From NCBI GenBank assembly GCA_030824725.1, contig JAPJRE010000001.1:1-40969 (forward strand): DNA of 40,969 nucleotides. The letters are read 5' to 3'. The DNA comes from Sphingomonas sp. GTDB taxonomy: Bacteria; Pseudomonadota; Alphaproteobacteria; Sphingomonadales; Sphingomonadaceae. The position numbers and the translations under genes were made by a program. Below the pieces are notes generated by a model, which saw only the letters and a list, made by a program, of their open reading frames with translations, searched no databases and was not told the origin of the DNA. Positions 1-9,722 of the stretch are shown piece after piece (position 1 is the stretch's first letter; every line of letters starts with the position of its first letter).

Positions 1-2040
1 CTCGTCGACCAGCACCACGTCGAGCGCGGGCACGTCGGCGTTCACCGGCACATGATATTCGGCGAGGTCGTGGTTGACGAGATGGCCGTCGCGCGGGTCG
101 AACACCAGCTCCTCGGTCAGCGCGCTGCCGATGCCCCACACCATGCCGCCCAGGCACTGCGAGGTCGCGGTCTTCGCGTTGAGCGCGCGGCCGAGCCCGA
201 AGGCGCCGGTCATGCGCCGCACCCGGGTCTCGCCGGTATAGGCGTTGACGCCGACCTCGACGAAGAAGGCGCCGTACATCGCGATGGCGAACTGCTCGTC
301 GATCCCGCCATTCTTGAAATGGCCGGTCTCGGTAAGGTCGGCCTCGAGCAGCTCGGTGAAGGGGATCCGCCGGTTGCCGGTGATCGCCTCGCCGTCCTTG
401 AGCGTGAGATCGGCTTCGTCGACGCCGAGCTGCTGTGCCAGCTGTTCGCGGATCGCCTCGCACGCGGCGAACACCGCCGATCCCGTCGACGCCGCACCCC
501 AGCTGCCGCCTGAGCCCGCACCCGGCGGATACCGCGTGTCGCCCAGCTGGACGAGCACCTTCTCCGGCGGCAGGCCCAGCATCTCGCCCGCGATCTGGCC
601 CAGCACCGTGTAGGTGCCGGTGCCGATGTCGGTCATGTCGCTCTCGACCACCGCGGTGCCGTCGGCGGCGAGCGTCACCTTGGCCTGCGCCTCGTTGAGG
701 TTATGGACGCGGCAGGCGGTCGCCATGCCGGTACCGATCCACCATTCGCCCTCGCGGCGCTGCAGCGGGCGGCGGTCGCTGCCGTCCCAGCCGAAGCGCT
801 CGGCGCCGATCCTGAGGCATTCCGCCAGCCGCCGCGAGCTGTAGGGCAGCCCTTCGCTCGGATGCTGCTCGGGGATGTTGCGCAGCCGCAGCTCGACCGG
901 ATCGATGCCGCTGGCGAGCGCCAGCTCGTCCATCGCCGCTTCGAGGCACTGCATGCCCACCGCCTCGCCCGGCGCACGGACCGAGCCGGCGGTCATCCGG
1001 TGAATGCGGGCGAGGTCGATGCGCAGCGTGCGGTGCGCGCCGCGATAGAGGAACTCGCTCGCCTGCGTCACCGGCTCGGCGAACTTCTCGCCCGGCAGGT
1101 TGGAGACCCAGGCCTCGTGCCCGAAGCCGTCCAGCCGCCCCTCGGCATCGGCGGCGAGGCGAATGCGCTGGCGCGTCTCGGAGCGGCGCATCACGCACTG
1201 GAACACTTGCTGGCGGCTCATCACCACCCGCACCGGCCGCCCGAGCTCGATTGCCGCCACCGCCGCCGCGGTCAGCTCCGCGCTGATGCCAAGCTTGGAT
1301 CCGAAGCCGCCGCCGACATAGGGGGAGATCAGCCGCACCTGCTCGGGCCGGAGGTCCAGCGCGTCAGCCAGTTCCTTCTGGTTGTATTTGAGCATCTGCA
1401 GGCTCGAATGGGCGGTGAGCGTGTTGCCGTCCCATTCGGCGATGCTGGCATGCGGCTCCATCGCAGCGCTGGCATGCCCCTCGGTGGTGTAGGTGACGTC
1501 GACCGCATGGACGGCGTCGCGCATCGCGGCATCGAGATTGCCCTGCTGCACCGGCTCGCCATAGGATTCATGCGCGGCATGACCGTCCTCCTGGGTCAGC
1601 GGCACCTTGGCGGGATCGTCGGCGCGATAGGCGATGCGCAGCCGCGTGGCGGCGTCGCGCGCCTGCTCGAAGGTCTCGGCGACGACAAGTGCTACCGGCT
1701 GGCCGTAGTAATCGACCTTGTGGATCTCGCGCACCGGCGACTTGCCCGCGCCGCCCTGCGCCGAGCGGGTGATCATCCGCGGATCGGCGATCACCGCCAG
1801 CACGCCCGGCATGGCGAGCACGGGCCCGGACTCGATCTCGACGACCTCGCCCCGGCTGATCGTCGAGAGGACCAGCACGCCCTCGGCGCAGTCGATCGGA
1901 TATTCGGCCGCATAGGGCGCGACGCCCGCCGTCTTGGCGCTGCCATCGGGCCGGTCGAGCGGGCGACCGATGATGCCCTGCGCCATCGCATCGAGCCGGT
2001 TGCGCTCATCCGGCTTGTCCATCGTGTACAGGCGAGTCAC
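1..2040 (-). CDS. paoC: Xanthine dehydrogenase family molybdopterin-binding subunit (PaoC/YagR-like), 3' end outside the window
   Basis: Read manually: GTG at 2040 overlaps the stop of the FAD subunit (GTGA) behind GAGG. N-terminus ...IIGRPLDRPDGSAKTAGVAPYAAEY, with GGGFGSK, MRAPGE and DIGTGTYT motifs. Not in the ORF track because there is no stop within the window. Confidence 0.85.
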   Translation of the reverse strand, partial: MTRLYTMDKPDERNRLDAMAQGIIGRPLDRPDGSAKTAGVAPYAAEYPIDCAEGVLVLSTISRGEVVEIESGPVLAMPGVLAVIADPRMITRSAQGGAGKSPVREIHKVDYYGQPVALVVAETFEQARDAATRLRIAYRADDPAKVPLTQEDGHAAHESYGEPVQQGNLDAAMRDAVHAVDVTYTTEGHASAAMEPHASIAEWDGNTLTAHSSLQMLKYNQKELADALDLRPEQVRLISPYVGGGFGSKLGISAELTAAAVAAIELGRPVRVVMSRQQVFQCVMRRSETRQRIRLAADAEGRLDGFGHEAWVSNLPGEKFAEPVTQASEFLYRGAHRTLRIDLARIHRMTAGSVRAPGEAVGMQCLEAAMDELALASGIDPVELRLRNIPEQHPSEGLPYSSRRLAECLRIGAERFGWDGSDRRPLQRREGEWWIGTGMATACRVHNLNEAQAKVTLAADGTAVVESDMTDIGTGTYTVLGQIAGEMLGLPPEKVLVQLGDTRYPPGAGSGGSWGAASTGSAVFAACEAIREQLAQQLGVDEADLTLKDGEAITGNRRIPFTELLEADLTETGHFKNGGIDEQFAIAMYGAFFVEVGVNAYTGETRVRRMTGAFGLGRALNAKTATSQCLGGMVWGIGSALTEELVFDPRDGHLVNHDLAEYHVPVNADVPALDVVLVDE

Positions 2041-3020
2041 AGCGTACCTCCCGTCGCTTCGCGCAGCACGGCCTTGAGCGTGCGGCGGGTGAGCGGAATC
2101 TTGAAATCGTTGCTGCCCTGCCCGCGGGCCTCGTCGAGCAGCAGCGCGGCGGCCTGGTCGAACAGCGCGTCGGAGGGCGCCTCGCCTTCGAGCAGCGCCT
2201 CGACGCGCGGGTCATGCCACGGCTTGTGCGCCAGCCCGCCAAAGGCGAGCCGCGCCTTGGCGATCACGCCGTCCTCGACCTGGAGCACCGCCGCCACCGA
2301 GACGAGCGCGAAGGCATAGGAGGCGCGGTCACGGACCTTTCGGTACAGTTGAGTCCCGCCCGAGGGTGCCGGCAGCACCACGCCGGTGATCACGTCGCCG
2401 GCTTCAAGGACATTGTCGCGCTCGGGCGTGTCGCCGGGCAGGCGATGGAACTCGCGCACCGGCACCATGCGCTTCTCGCCCTTCGCGTCGTGGATCTCGA
2501 CCGTGGCGTCCAGCGCGGAGAGCGCCACCGCCATGTCGCCCGGATAGGTGGCGATGCAGGCGTCGCTCGCGCCGAGGATGGCATGGATCCGGTTGAACCC
2601 GCCGATCGCAGCGCAGCCGGTGCCGGGTTCGCGCTTGTTGCACGCCTGGCTGAGGTCGTAGAAATAATAGCAGCGCGTCCGCTGGCAGAGATTGCCGCCG
2701 GTGGTCGCCTTGTTGCGCAGCTGGAAGGTGGCCCCTGCCAGAATCGCACGCGCCAGCACCGGATACTGGCCACGGATGCGCGGATCGGCCGCGCAGGCGC
2801 TGTTCGACACCAGCGCGCCGATATGCAGCCCCTCGCCATGCTCCACGATCCCGCCGAGCGGCAGGCGGTTGACGTCGACCAGCGCGCTGGGAGTCTCCAC
2901 CTCCAGCTTCATCAGGTCAAGCAGATTGGTGCCGCCGGCGATCGGCTTGGCGCCGTCGGCGACGAGCAGCTGGCCGGCTTCGCCCAGGCCATGCGCCCGC
3001 TGATAGTCGAAGGGTTTCAT
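2037..3020 (-). CDS. paoB: Xanthine dehydrogenase family FAD-binding subunit (PaoB/YagS-like)
   Basis: IAGGTNLLDLMK, LRNKATTGGNLCQRTRCYYF, the Cys insert CNKREPGTGC, and YRKVRDRASYAFALVSVAA. Confidence 0.9.
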   Translation of the reverse strand: MKPFDYQRAHGLGEAGQLLVADGAKPIAGGTNLLDLMKLEVETPSALVDVNRLPLGGIVEHGEGLHIGALVSNSACAADPRIRGQYPVLARAILAGATFQLRNKATTGGNLCQRTRCYYFYDLSQACNKREPGTGCAAIGGFNRIHAILGASDACIATYPGDMAVALSALDATVEIHDAKGEKRMVPVREFHRLPGDTPERDNVLEAGDVITGVVLPAPSGGTQLYRKVRDRASYAFALVSVAAVLQVEDGVIAKARLAFGGLAHKPWHDPRVEALLEGEAPSDALFDQAAALLLDEARGQGSNDFKIPLTRRTLKAVLREATGGTL

Positions 3021-3517
3021 GCCTGCGCCTCCGCCACTTCCGCAATCGCCGCGACGATGTTGGAGTACGCACCACAGCGGCAGAGATTGCCGCTCATCCG
3101 CTCGCGGATCTCTTCCTCGGAAAGCTTGGGGCTACCGGCGACATCGTCGCTGACATAGCTGGTCCAGCCCGCCGCGATCTCGTCGAGCATCGCCTTGGCC
3201 GAGCAGATCTGGCCCGGCGTGCAGTATCCGCACTGATAGCCGTCGTGCCGCACGAACGCCGTCTGGAGCGTGTGCGGCGCATCGGGCGTGCCGAGCCCCT
3301 CGATCGTGGTGACGCTGTCGCCGTCATGCATCACCGCAAGGGTGAGGCAGCTGTTGATCCGCTGGCCGTTGAGCAGCACCGTGCACGCGCCGCACTGGCC
3401 GTGATCGCACCCCTTCTTGGTGCCGGTGAGGCCGGCGTCGCGGCGGAGAAAATCGAGCAGACTGGTACGGGGATCGACGTCGAGCGCGTGTTCGACGCCG
3501 TTGATGGTGATGGGCAT
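3017..3517 (-). CDS. paoA: 2Fe-2S subunit of aldehyde oxidoreductase (PaoA/YagT-like), no Tat leader
   Basis: GTKKGCDHGQCGACTV, QCGYCTPGQ and GNLCRCGAY motifs; GGGAGG upstream; ATGA overlap with the next gene. Confidence 0.9.
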   Translation of the reverse strand: MPITINGVEHALDVDPRTSLLDFLRRDAGLTGTKKGCDHGQCGACTVLLNGQRINSCLTLAVMHDGDSVTTIEGLGTPDAPHTLQTAFVRHDGYQCGYCTPGQICSAKAMLDEIAAGWTSYVSDDVAGSPKLSEEEIRERMSGNLCRCGAYSNIVAAIAEVAEAQA

Positions 3518-3597
3518 GCGCGGCCTCCCTGGTCAGGGGGGCGAACGCGCAGGCGTCGGGATCGGTCCCGATCTGGGTTAACAAGAATGGGAGTCGG

Positions 3598-4539
3598 TCA
3601 GTGCCCCTTGCGCGGGAGCAGGTGGAGCAGCCCGGCGACGACCGCGCCGACGACCAGCCCAGCCACCGCCGAGCCCAGCGCATAGACCAGCCATGCGACC
3701 ACGCCGCCCAGCGCGCCCGTCGCCGCCCCGGCGACCTCGGACCAGTGATGCAGCGCATGCGGCACCGCGCCCACGCCGAATTCCTCCAGCCCGTGGAGCA
3801 GGATGCCGCCGCCGACCCAGGCCATCGCCGCGACGCCGATATGCGACAGCGCGGTGAGCAGCACCGGCATCGCCTGGACCAGCCCGCGCCCGAAGCCAGC
3901 CACTGCGCCCGTCGCCCTGCCGCGGCTCAAGTGCAGGCCGATATCGTCCATCTTCACGATCAGCGCGACCACGCCGTACACGCCGATGGTGATCGCGAAC
4001 GCAACCAGCACCAGCGCGCCTGCCCGCGTCACGAACGACATCTCGGCAGGCAGCTGTGCCAGCGCGATCACCATGATCTCGGCCGAGAGGATCAGATCGG
4101 TGCGAATCGCGCCAAGCACCTGGCGCTTCTCCAGCACTTTCGGATCGGTAATCGCAGCGACCTCGTCGCCATGGTGCTCGCCCTTCAGCGCCTCGAGAAT
4201 CTTCTCCGCCGCCTCGAAGCAGAGATAGGTGCCGCCCAGCATCAGGATCGGGGTCAGCGCCCAGGGGGCGAAGGCGCTGAGCAGCAGCGCCAGCGGCAGG
4301 ATCAGGAGCAGCTTGTTGGCGATCGAACCCAGCGCGATCTTGCCGATGATCGGCAATTCGCGATCGGGGGTGAGCCCGACGACATAGCGCGGCGTTACCG
4401 CGGTATCGTCGATCACCACGCCCGCCGCCTTGGCGCCGGCCCTGCCCGCAGCACCCGCCACGTCGTCCAGCGAGGATGCGGCAAGCTTCGCCAGCGCAGC
4501 GATATCGTCCAGCAATGCGACCAGGCCACCCGCCATCAT
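3598..4539 (-). CDS. DUF808 (YedI-like) inner membrane protein
   Basis: MAGGLVALLDDIA, KAAGVVIDDTAVTP, GAIRTDLILSAEIM and IVKMDDIG family motifs; hydrophobic helices. Confidence 0.85.
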   Translation of the reverse strand: MMAGGLVALLDDIAALAKLAASSLDDVAGAAGRAGAKAAGVVIDDTAVTPRYVVGLTPDRELPIIGKIALGSIANKLLLILPLALLLSAFAPWALTPILMLGGTYLCFEAAEKILEALKGEHHGDEVAAITDPKVLEKRQVLGAIRTDLILSAEIMVIALAQLPAEMSFVTRAGALVLVAFAITIGVYGVVALIVKMDDIGLHLSRGRATGAVAGFGRGLVQAMPVLLTALSHIGVAAMAWVGGGILLHGLEEFGVGAVPHALHHWSEVAGAATGALGGVVAWLVYALGSAVAGLVVGAVVAGLLHLLPRKGH

Positions 4540-4635
4540 TTCCCCCTTTGGTTTGCTCCCGGCTAGCGGAGATGAAGCGGAAATGCACGCAGGGCGCAGA
4601 GGCTCCGACGGAATTATCCCGGCCCGGCGCTGCGC

Positions 4636-5292
4636 TCAGGCGTGGTCGGTGCCGAAGGCCCGGTCGCCGGCATCGCCCAACCCCGGAAGAATGTAGCTCT
4701 GCGCATTGAGCACGGGGTCCAGCCCCGCCGTCCAGATCCGGACGTCCGGGTGCGCGACGCGCACGGCCGCCACGCCGGGCCGCGCGGCGAGCAGGCAGAC
4801 GAAGCGCAGGTCGCGGGCGCCCGCCGCCTTGAGCCGGTCGAGCGCCGCGATCGCGCTGTTGCCGGTCGCCAGCATCGGATCGACCATCAGGACCGGTCGG
4901 CTGGCGATGTCCGCGGGCGCGTTGAAATAATATTCGATCGCGGCAAGCGTCACGGGATCGCGATAGAGCCCGAGATGGGCGACCGCAGCCTCGGGCAGAA
5001 GATCGAGCAGGCCGTCGGCCATGGCCAGCCCCGCGCGCAGCACCGGCACGATCACCGGCGCCCCGCCGGCCAGCACGGGCGACTCCATCTCGGCAACCGG
5101 GGTGCGGATCGCAACCGGTGCGAGCGGCAAGTCGGCCAGCGCCGCCGCGCCGAGCAGCGCCGCCACGGCGCGGAGCTCGCGGCGGAAGCGCTCGGGCGGC
5201 GTATCCCGGTCGCGCAGCCGCGTCAGGCGATGCTGGACCAGCGGATGGGCGACGATCGTCAGCCCGGCGAGCACATGATCGGGTTCGGCCAT
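4636..5292 (-). CDS. upp: Uracil phosphoribosyltransferase
   Basis: HPLVQHRLTRLRD, PVLRAG, DPMLATGNS and YILPGLGDAGDR; start trimmed to ATG 5292. Confidence 0.93.
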   Translation of the reverse strand: MAEPDHVLAGLTIVAHPLVQHRLTRLRDRDTPPERFRRELRAVAALLGAAALADLPLAPVAIRTPVAEMESPVLAGGAPVIVPVLRAGLAMADGLLDLLPEAAVAHLGLYRDPVTLAAIEYYFNAPADIASRPVLMVDPMLATGNSAIAALDRLKAAGARDLRFVCLLAARPGVAAVRVAHPDVRIWTAGLDPVLNAQSYILPGLGDAGDRAFGTDHA

Positions 5293-5501
5293 GGTCGCGG
5301 TGGTGCGCGATGCACCAGCGGCATGCAAGTCGCGATGGCGCCCGCCGCCGCTTTCCGGCTGCGGCCCCGCGCCGGATATGTTACCGCTACCGTCACCGCT
5401 GGTGGCACGCGTTCACCCGCGGAATCCCGTCGACTCCGGTGCCATCGGAGCGGCGGCAACGAAGCGAAGCAGCCGCGCGACGCGGTGATGGAGGGAGAGC
5501 G

Positions 5502-6572
5502 ATGGGCAAGGGATTTTTCGTGGCGGCCGCCCTGGGGCTGGCAGGGTTCGCCCTCGGTCCGGCACTGGCGCAGGTGCAGACCCGGGTGCCGCCGGTTGTC
5601 GCCGGTGCGCGCCCCGTGACGGTGCAGCGGATCAAGGTCCATTCCCCGGCAATCGCAGGCAATCTGGAGGGCGAGAGCGCCGATCGCGACGTGATCGTCG
5701 TGTTGCCACCCGATTACGCCACCGCCCCCCGCAAGCGCTATCCGGTGGTCTATACGCTGCACGGCTATTCGATCGGCGTCGAGCAATGGATCAAGGAAAT
5801 TCATGTGCCCCAGGTCGTCGAGGGGGGCTTCGCGCTCGGTGCCAAGCCGGTGATCCTCGTGCTGCCGGACAGCAAGACGCTCCACAACGGCTCGATGTAT
5901 TCGAGCTCGCCCACCACGGGCGATTTCGAGCGGTTCGTCGCGCACGATCTCGTCGCCTATATCGACTCGCACTATCGCACGCTGGCGCGGCGCGAGAGCC
6001 GCGGGCTGGTCGGCCATTCGATGGGGGGATATGGCGCGAGCCGCATCGGCATGAAGCACGCCGATGTGTTCGGCGCGGTGTACATGATGAGCCCCTGCTG
6101 CCTCGCCGCGCGCGATAGCAGCCTGCTCGATGCAGCCGCGGTCGCGCAGATCGAGCAACTGCCGACGCGCGAGGCCGCGACCACCCTGCCCTGGGGCCTG
6201 CGGGCGACGCTCGCCGCGGCGGCGGCCTGGTCGCCCAATCCCAAGGCGCCCCCGCTCTATCTCGACCTGCCGATCAAGGACGGCAAGCAGCGCCCCGAGA
6301 TCCTGGCGAAATGGGCGGCGAACGCACCGCTCGCCTTTGTCGATCAACATGTCGGCGACCTGCGGCGCTATCGCGCGATCGCGATCGATGTCGGCGACAA
6401 GGACGGGCTACGCACCGATGCGCAGACGCTGCACGAGGTGCTGGACCGCTATGGCATCGCCAACAGCTTCACCATCTATCCCGGAGACCATACCAGCGCC
6501 GTGGCAGACCGGTTCCAGAACTATGTCCTGCCCTTCTTCAGCAGCAACCTGGCCTTTTCCAGCCAGCGCTGA
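5502..6572 (+). CDS. Secreted alpha/beta hydrolase (putative esterase family)
   Basis: GGAGGGAG upstream of ATG 5502; signal peptide ending ALA-Q; YPVVYTLHG, nucleophile elbow GHSMGG, and GDH. Confidence 0.85.
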   Translation: MGKGFFVAAALGLAGFALGPALAQVQTRVPPVVAGARPVTVQRIKVHSPAIAGNLEGESADRDVIVVLPPDYATAPRKRYPVVYTLHGYSIGVEQWIKEIHVPQVVEGGFALGAKPVILVLPDSKTLHNGSMYSSSPTTGDFERFVAHDLVAYIDSHYRTLARRESRGLVGHSMGGYGASRIGMKHADVFGAVYMMSPCCLAARDSSLLDAAAVAQIEQLPTREAATTLPWGLRATLAAAAAWSPNPKAPPLYLDLPIKDGKQRPEILAKWAANAPLAFVDQHVGDLRRYRAIAIDVGDKDGLRTDAQTLHEVLDRYGIANSFTIYPGDHTSAVADRFQNYVLPFFSSNLAFSSQR

Positions 6573-6775
6573 GGGCGGCGTCGCGCGGGGGATCGGAGCC
6601 GGTGGCGGATCGCGTCGCGGGCGGCGTCATGCCAGGTGGGTCGAACGGCTTCGCCCCCCTGGCCCCGCCATCCGTCCTCGCCCGGCAGTTGCTCGATCAT
6701 GTCGCCATCCTCCGCCGCCAGAACGCTGCAATGCGGCAAAGGTTGACGATGTTTTTACCATGATCCAGCAGAAGT

Positions 6776-7984
6776 TTATCCCGCTGCGGCGTTCGGCGTC
6801 CCTACAGCGGTGAGCAGATCGGGAATCTGCTTCGCAAAGGCGAAATAGCCTTTGCCGCAGTGCGGCCACGCCCGCTCGTCCCAGCGGCGGCGATGCTCGG
6901 CGAGCGGCAACTCTGATGTGCTTCGATAGGCATCCAGCGCATCGGCGACGGGGCCAACGGGCGCATAACCCGTCACCATCTGCGCACAGCCCTCCGCCCG
7001 CGCGATCGCGGCCGCAGCATCGAAATCGTCCACCCACGCCGCCGGCGCGTGCCAGTGGCTCGAAGCGCGCTGCAGACCGTCTGCGACTGCGGCAATGTCG
7101 GCAGCACCCCGGCAGTGGCTGCGACAGGCGACCACCCGGCGCACCGGCAAGCCAGCAAGCGCCGATTCCGTTTCCAGCGAGAGATCTTCGGGCGTCAGAA
7201 CGAGCAGGGTCGCCGCAGCGACATCGAGTGGAATTGGTTGCCGCAGGGCATTGCGCTCGACCACCGATGTTTCACGTGGAACAGCCGCGTGATCCGCTAG
7301 CCCCTGCGGATTGAACCGTCCCCCCGTTTGCGCCCGGATGCGCGCGGGATCGGCGAGATAAGCCTTTCCTGCCGTCTGCAGCCCGGCGACCCATCGCCAA
7401 GACAGCGTGTTGGACGCCGGATCCGCATCCACCAGATGCGCGAACATGAAGGCCGCACCCAGCTCCCACGGCAGCCCCAGCGTGAAGATCCAGATCGAGG
7501 CGAACTGCATCCGCGCCCAATTATGGAGATAGCCGGTCTCGCACAGCTCCCCCACCCAGGCGTCGAACGCGTCGATCCCGGTGCGCCCGGTCACCGCCGT
7601 CTGGTGGCCAGCGGGCAGGGTCGATGCCGCATAGCCATCGCAGGCCCGCTGCCAGTCGTGCCAGACGCCAGCATGCTGCTCCAGCCAGCCCTTCCAATAG
7701 GTCCGCCAGAACAATTCGCCGAGGAACTTCGCCGCAGCCTTGGGCCCATGCGCAGCGATGACAGCCCTTGCGACTTCTTCTTCGCTGATCAGCCGGCGCC
7801 GCAACGCCGCAGAGAGACGCGATACCGCCTGATGCTGCCCCGGACCGGCATCGAAATTGCGACGCTCGGCATAGGCGCGGCCCGCCTCGGGCAGGAAAGC
7901 CGCCAGCCGCGCGAGCGCAGCGCTCCGCGACAACGGGAAGTCGAACGACAAGGTCGGCCCACGGCCCGGTGCGGAGAGCAGCAT
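6776..7984 (-). CDS. Photolyase with inverted domain order (NewPHL-type)
   Basis: FAD-binding motifs lie in the N-terminal half (VSRLSAALRRRLI, ELFWRTYW, TGYLHNWARMQFAS, DADPASNTLSWRWVAG), followed by a truncated alpha/beta antenna-like domain; about 400 aa. Start could alternatively be TTG 7951. Confidence 0.8.
   Translation of the reverse strand: MLLSAPGRGPTLSFDFPLSRSAALARLAAFLPEAGRAYAERRNFDAGPGQHQAVSRLSAALRRRLISEEEVARAVIAAHGPKAAAKFLGELFWRTYWKGWLEQHAGVWHDWQRACDGYAASTLPAGHQTAVTGRTGIDAFDAWVGELCETGYLHNWARMQFASIWIFTLGLPWELGAAFMFAHLVDADPASNTLSWRWVAGLQTAGKAYLADPARIRAQTGGRFNPQGLADHAAVPRETSVVERNALRQPIPLDVAAATLLVLTPEDLSLETESALAGLPVRRVVACRSHCRGAADIAAVADGLQRASSHWHAPAAWVDDFDAAAAIARAEGCAQMVTGYAPVGPVADALDAYRSTSELPLAEHRRRWDERAWPHCGKGYFAFAKQIPDLLTAVGTPNAAAG
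7268..7283. promoter_or_regulatory. parS site (1 mismatch) inside the photolyase gene
   Basis: TGTTTCACGTGGAACA versus consensus TGTTTCACGTGAAACA. Confidence 0.85.
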
Positions 7985-8046
7985 GATGATATGCTGCCAC
8001 GCGATTCTACAGGGTCAAACCTGCCACTAGGGGCAGCGGAACCGGA

Positions 8047-8943
8047 TCAGATTCGCTCGCCGCTCAGCCGCTGGCAAAGCATGTCGAGCTGATCGAGCGT
8101 CGAATATTGCACCGACAGCGTGCCCCCCTTTTCTCCATGCGCGATGCGGATGTTGAGGCCGAGCACATCGCCAAGATGCCGTTCGAGCGCCGCGATGTCC
8201 GCATCGGGCTCGCCCCGGCTTTCCGCCGGCTTGCGCTTGGGCGCCGGCTTGGCCGTCCGCGCCAGCTTCTCGGTATCGCGGACGGACAGCCCCTTGGCGA
8301 CGACTTCCTGCGCCAGCTTCTCGGGGTCGGGCGCACCGATCAGCGCGCGGGCATGGCCCATCTCCAGCGAGCGATCGACCACCATCTCGCGTACCGCCAT
8401 CGGCAGGTCGAGCAGGCGCAGCAGATTGGCGATATGGCTGCGTGACTTGTGGACGATCTTGCCCAGTGCTTCCTGGGTATGGCCAAACTCGCGGATCAGC
8501 CGGGCATAGCCCTCGGCCTCTTCGATCGCATTGAGGTCCTGGCGCTGGATGTTCTCGATCAGCGCGATCTCGAGCGTCTCGGCATCGCTCAGCTCGCGAA
8601 CGATCACCGGCACTTCATGGAGCCGCGCCCGCTGCGCCGCCCGCCAGCGGCGCTCGCCGGCAACGATCTGGAAGCTTTGTCCGTGCGGTCGCACGAAGAT
8701 CGGCTGGATCAGCCCGCGGGTGCGGATCGACTCGGCCAGCGTATCCAGCGCCTCCTCGTCGAAATGGCGCCGCGGCTGGTTGGGATCGGCGACCAGCGAG
8801 CTGATCGGCAGCATCCGCACCCCCGAAGCGCTGGTGGGATTGCCCTTGATCGGCTCTTCAGGGAGGCTGTCGCCCAGCAACGCGGAAAGCCCGCGACCGA
8901 GACCGGGGCGGGGCTTGCGGGCGGCGGCGGGAGATTCGGTCAT
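8047..8943 (-). CDS. parB: Chromosome partitioning protein ParB
   Basis: GLGRGLSALL, PNQPRRHF, IVAGERRWRAA, IENIQRQDLNAIEEA and an HTH. Confidence 0.97.
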   Translation of the reverse strand: MTESPAAARKPRPGLGRGLSALLGDSLPEEPIKGNPTSASGVRMLPISSLVADPNQPRRHFDEEALDTLAESIRTRGLIQPIFVRPHGQSFQIVAGERRWRAAQRARLHEVPVIVRELSDAETLEIALIENIQRQDLNAIEEAEGYARLIREFGHTQEALGKIVHKSRSHIANLLRLLDLPMAVREMVVDRSLEMGHARALIGAPDPEKLAQEVVAKGLSVRDTEKLARTAKPAPKRKPAESRGEPDADIAALERHLGDVLGLNIRIAHGEKGGTLSVQYSTLDQLDMLCQRLSGERI

Positions 8944-9722
8944 GCGGCTTTCTGCAATTTGGGAAGGCGGTCGATCACTTCGCGGGCCAGGGCGATATAG
9001 GCTTCGGAACCAGCGCAGCGATGATCGTAGATCAGCGCGGGCACCCCGTGGCTCGGCGCTTCGGACAGGCGGACATTGCGCGGTATGACCGTGTCGAACA
9101 CCACCCTGCCCAGCACCGCGCGGACATCGTCCGACACCTGATCGGTGAGGCGGTTGCGGCGGTCATACATGGTCAGCGCGACGCCGAGGATCGACAGGCC
9201 TGGGTTGAACCGGCTGCGGATCCGCTCGACGGTGTTGAGCAGCTGGCTGAGCCCTTCCAGCGCGAAGAACTCGCACTGGAGCGGCACGAGCAACGCATGC
9301 GCCGCGACCATCGCATTGACCGTCAGCAGCCCTAGCGAGGGCGGGCAGTCGACCAGGATCACATCCCAGCGCTCGGCCTGGTGGCGCTTGATCGCTGCGT
9401 CCAGCCGGTGGGTGCGGGCATCGAACTCGATCAGCTCGATCTCGGCGCCGGAAAGATCCTGCGTCGCAGGCACCACGTCGAGGCCCGGCACGTTGGTGGG
9501 TACCGCCACGTCTTCCAGATCGGCGTCGGAGACGAGCAAGTCATAGCTCGAATGTTCGCGATCTCCGCGGCCGATGCCGAGCCCGGTCGAGGCATTGCCC
9601 TGCGGGTCGAAATCGATCAGCAGCACCCGCTTGCCGGTGGCGGCGAGGGCGGTGCCGACATTGATGGCGGTCGTGGTCTTGCCCACCCCGCCCTTCTGAT
9701 TGGCGATCGTGATGGTGATCAT
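8940..9722 (-). CDS. parA: Chromosome partitioning ATPase ParA
   Basis: NQKGGVGKTTT, DPQGNAST, DCPPSLG and IPRNVRLSEAPSHG; ATG 9722 overlaps the rsmG stop. Confidence 0.97.
   Translation of the reverse strand: MITITIANQKGGVGKTTTAINVGTALAATGKRVLLIDFDPQGNASTGLGIGRGDREHSSYDLLVSDADLEDVAVPTNVPGLDVVPATQDLSGAEIELIEFDARTHRLDAAIKRHQAERWDVILVDCPPSLGLLTVNAMVAAHALLVPLQCEFFALEGLSQLLNTVERIRSRFNPGLSILGVALTMYDRRNRLTDQVSDDVRAVLGRVVFDTVIPRNVRLSEAPSHGVPALIYDHRCAGSEAYIALAREVIDRLPKLQKAA

Noticed and set aside
703..2319. 538-aa plus-strand ORF and other long antisense ORFs (e.g. 28428-29894, 33428-35170, 36461-38068, 37998-39686)
   Set aside because: Shadow frames opposite well-supported genes, expected from high-GC codon bias; no recognisable motifs
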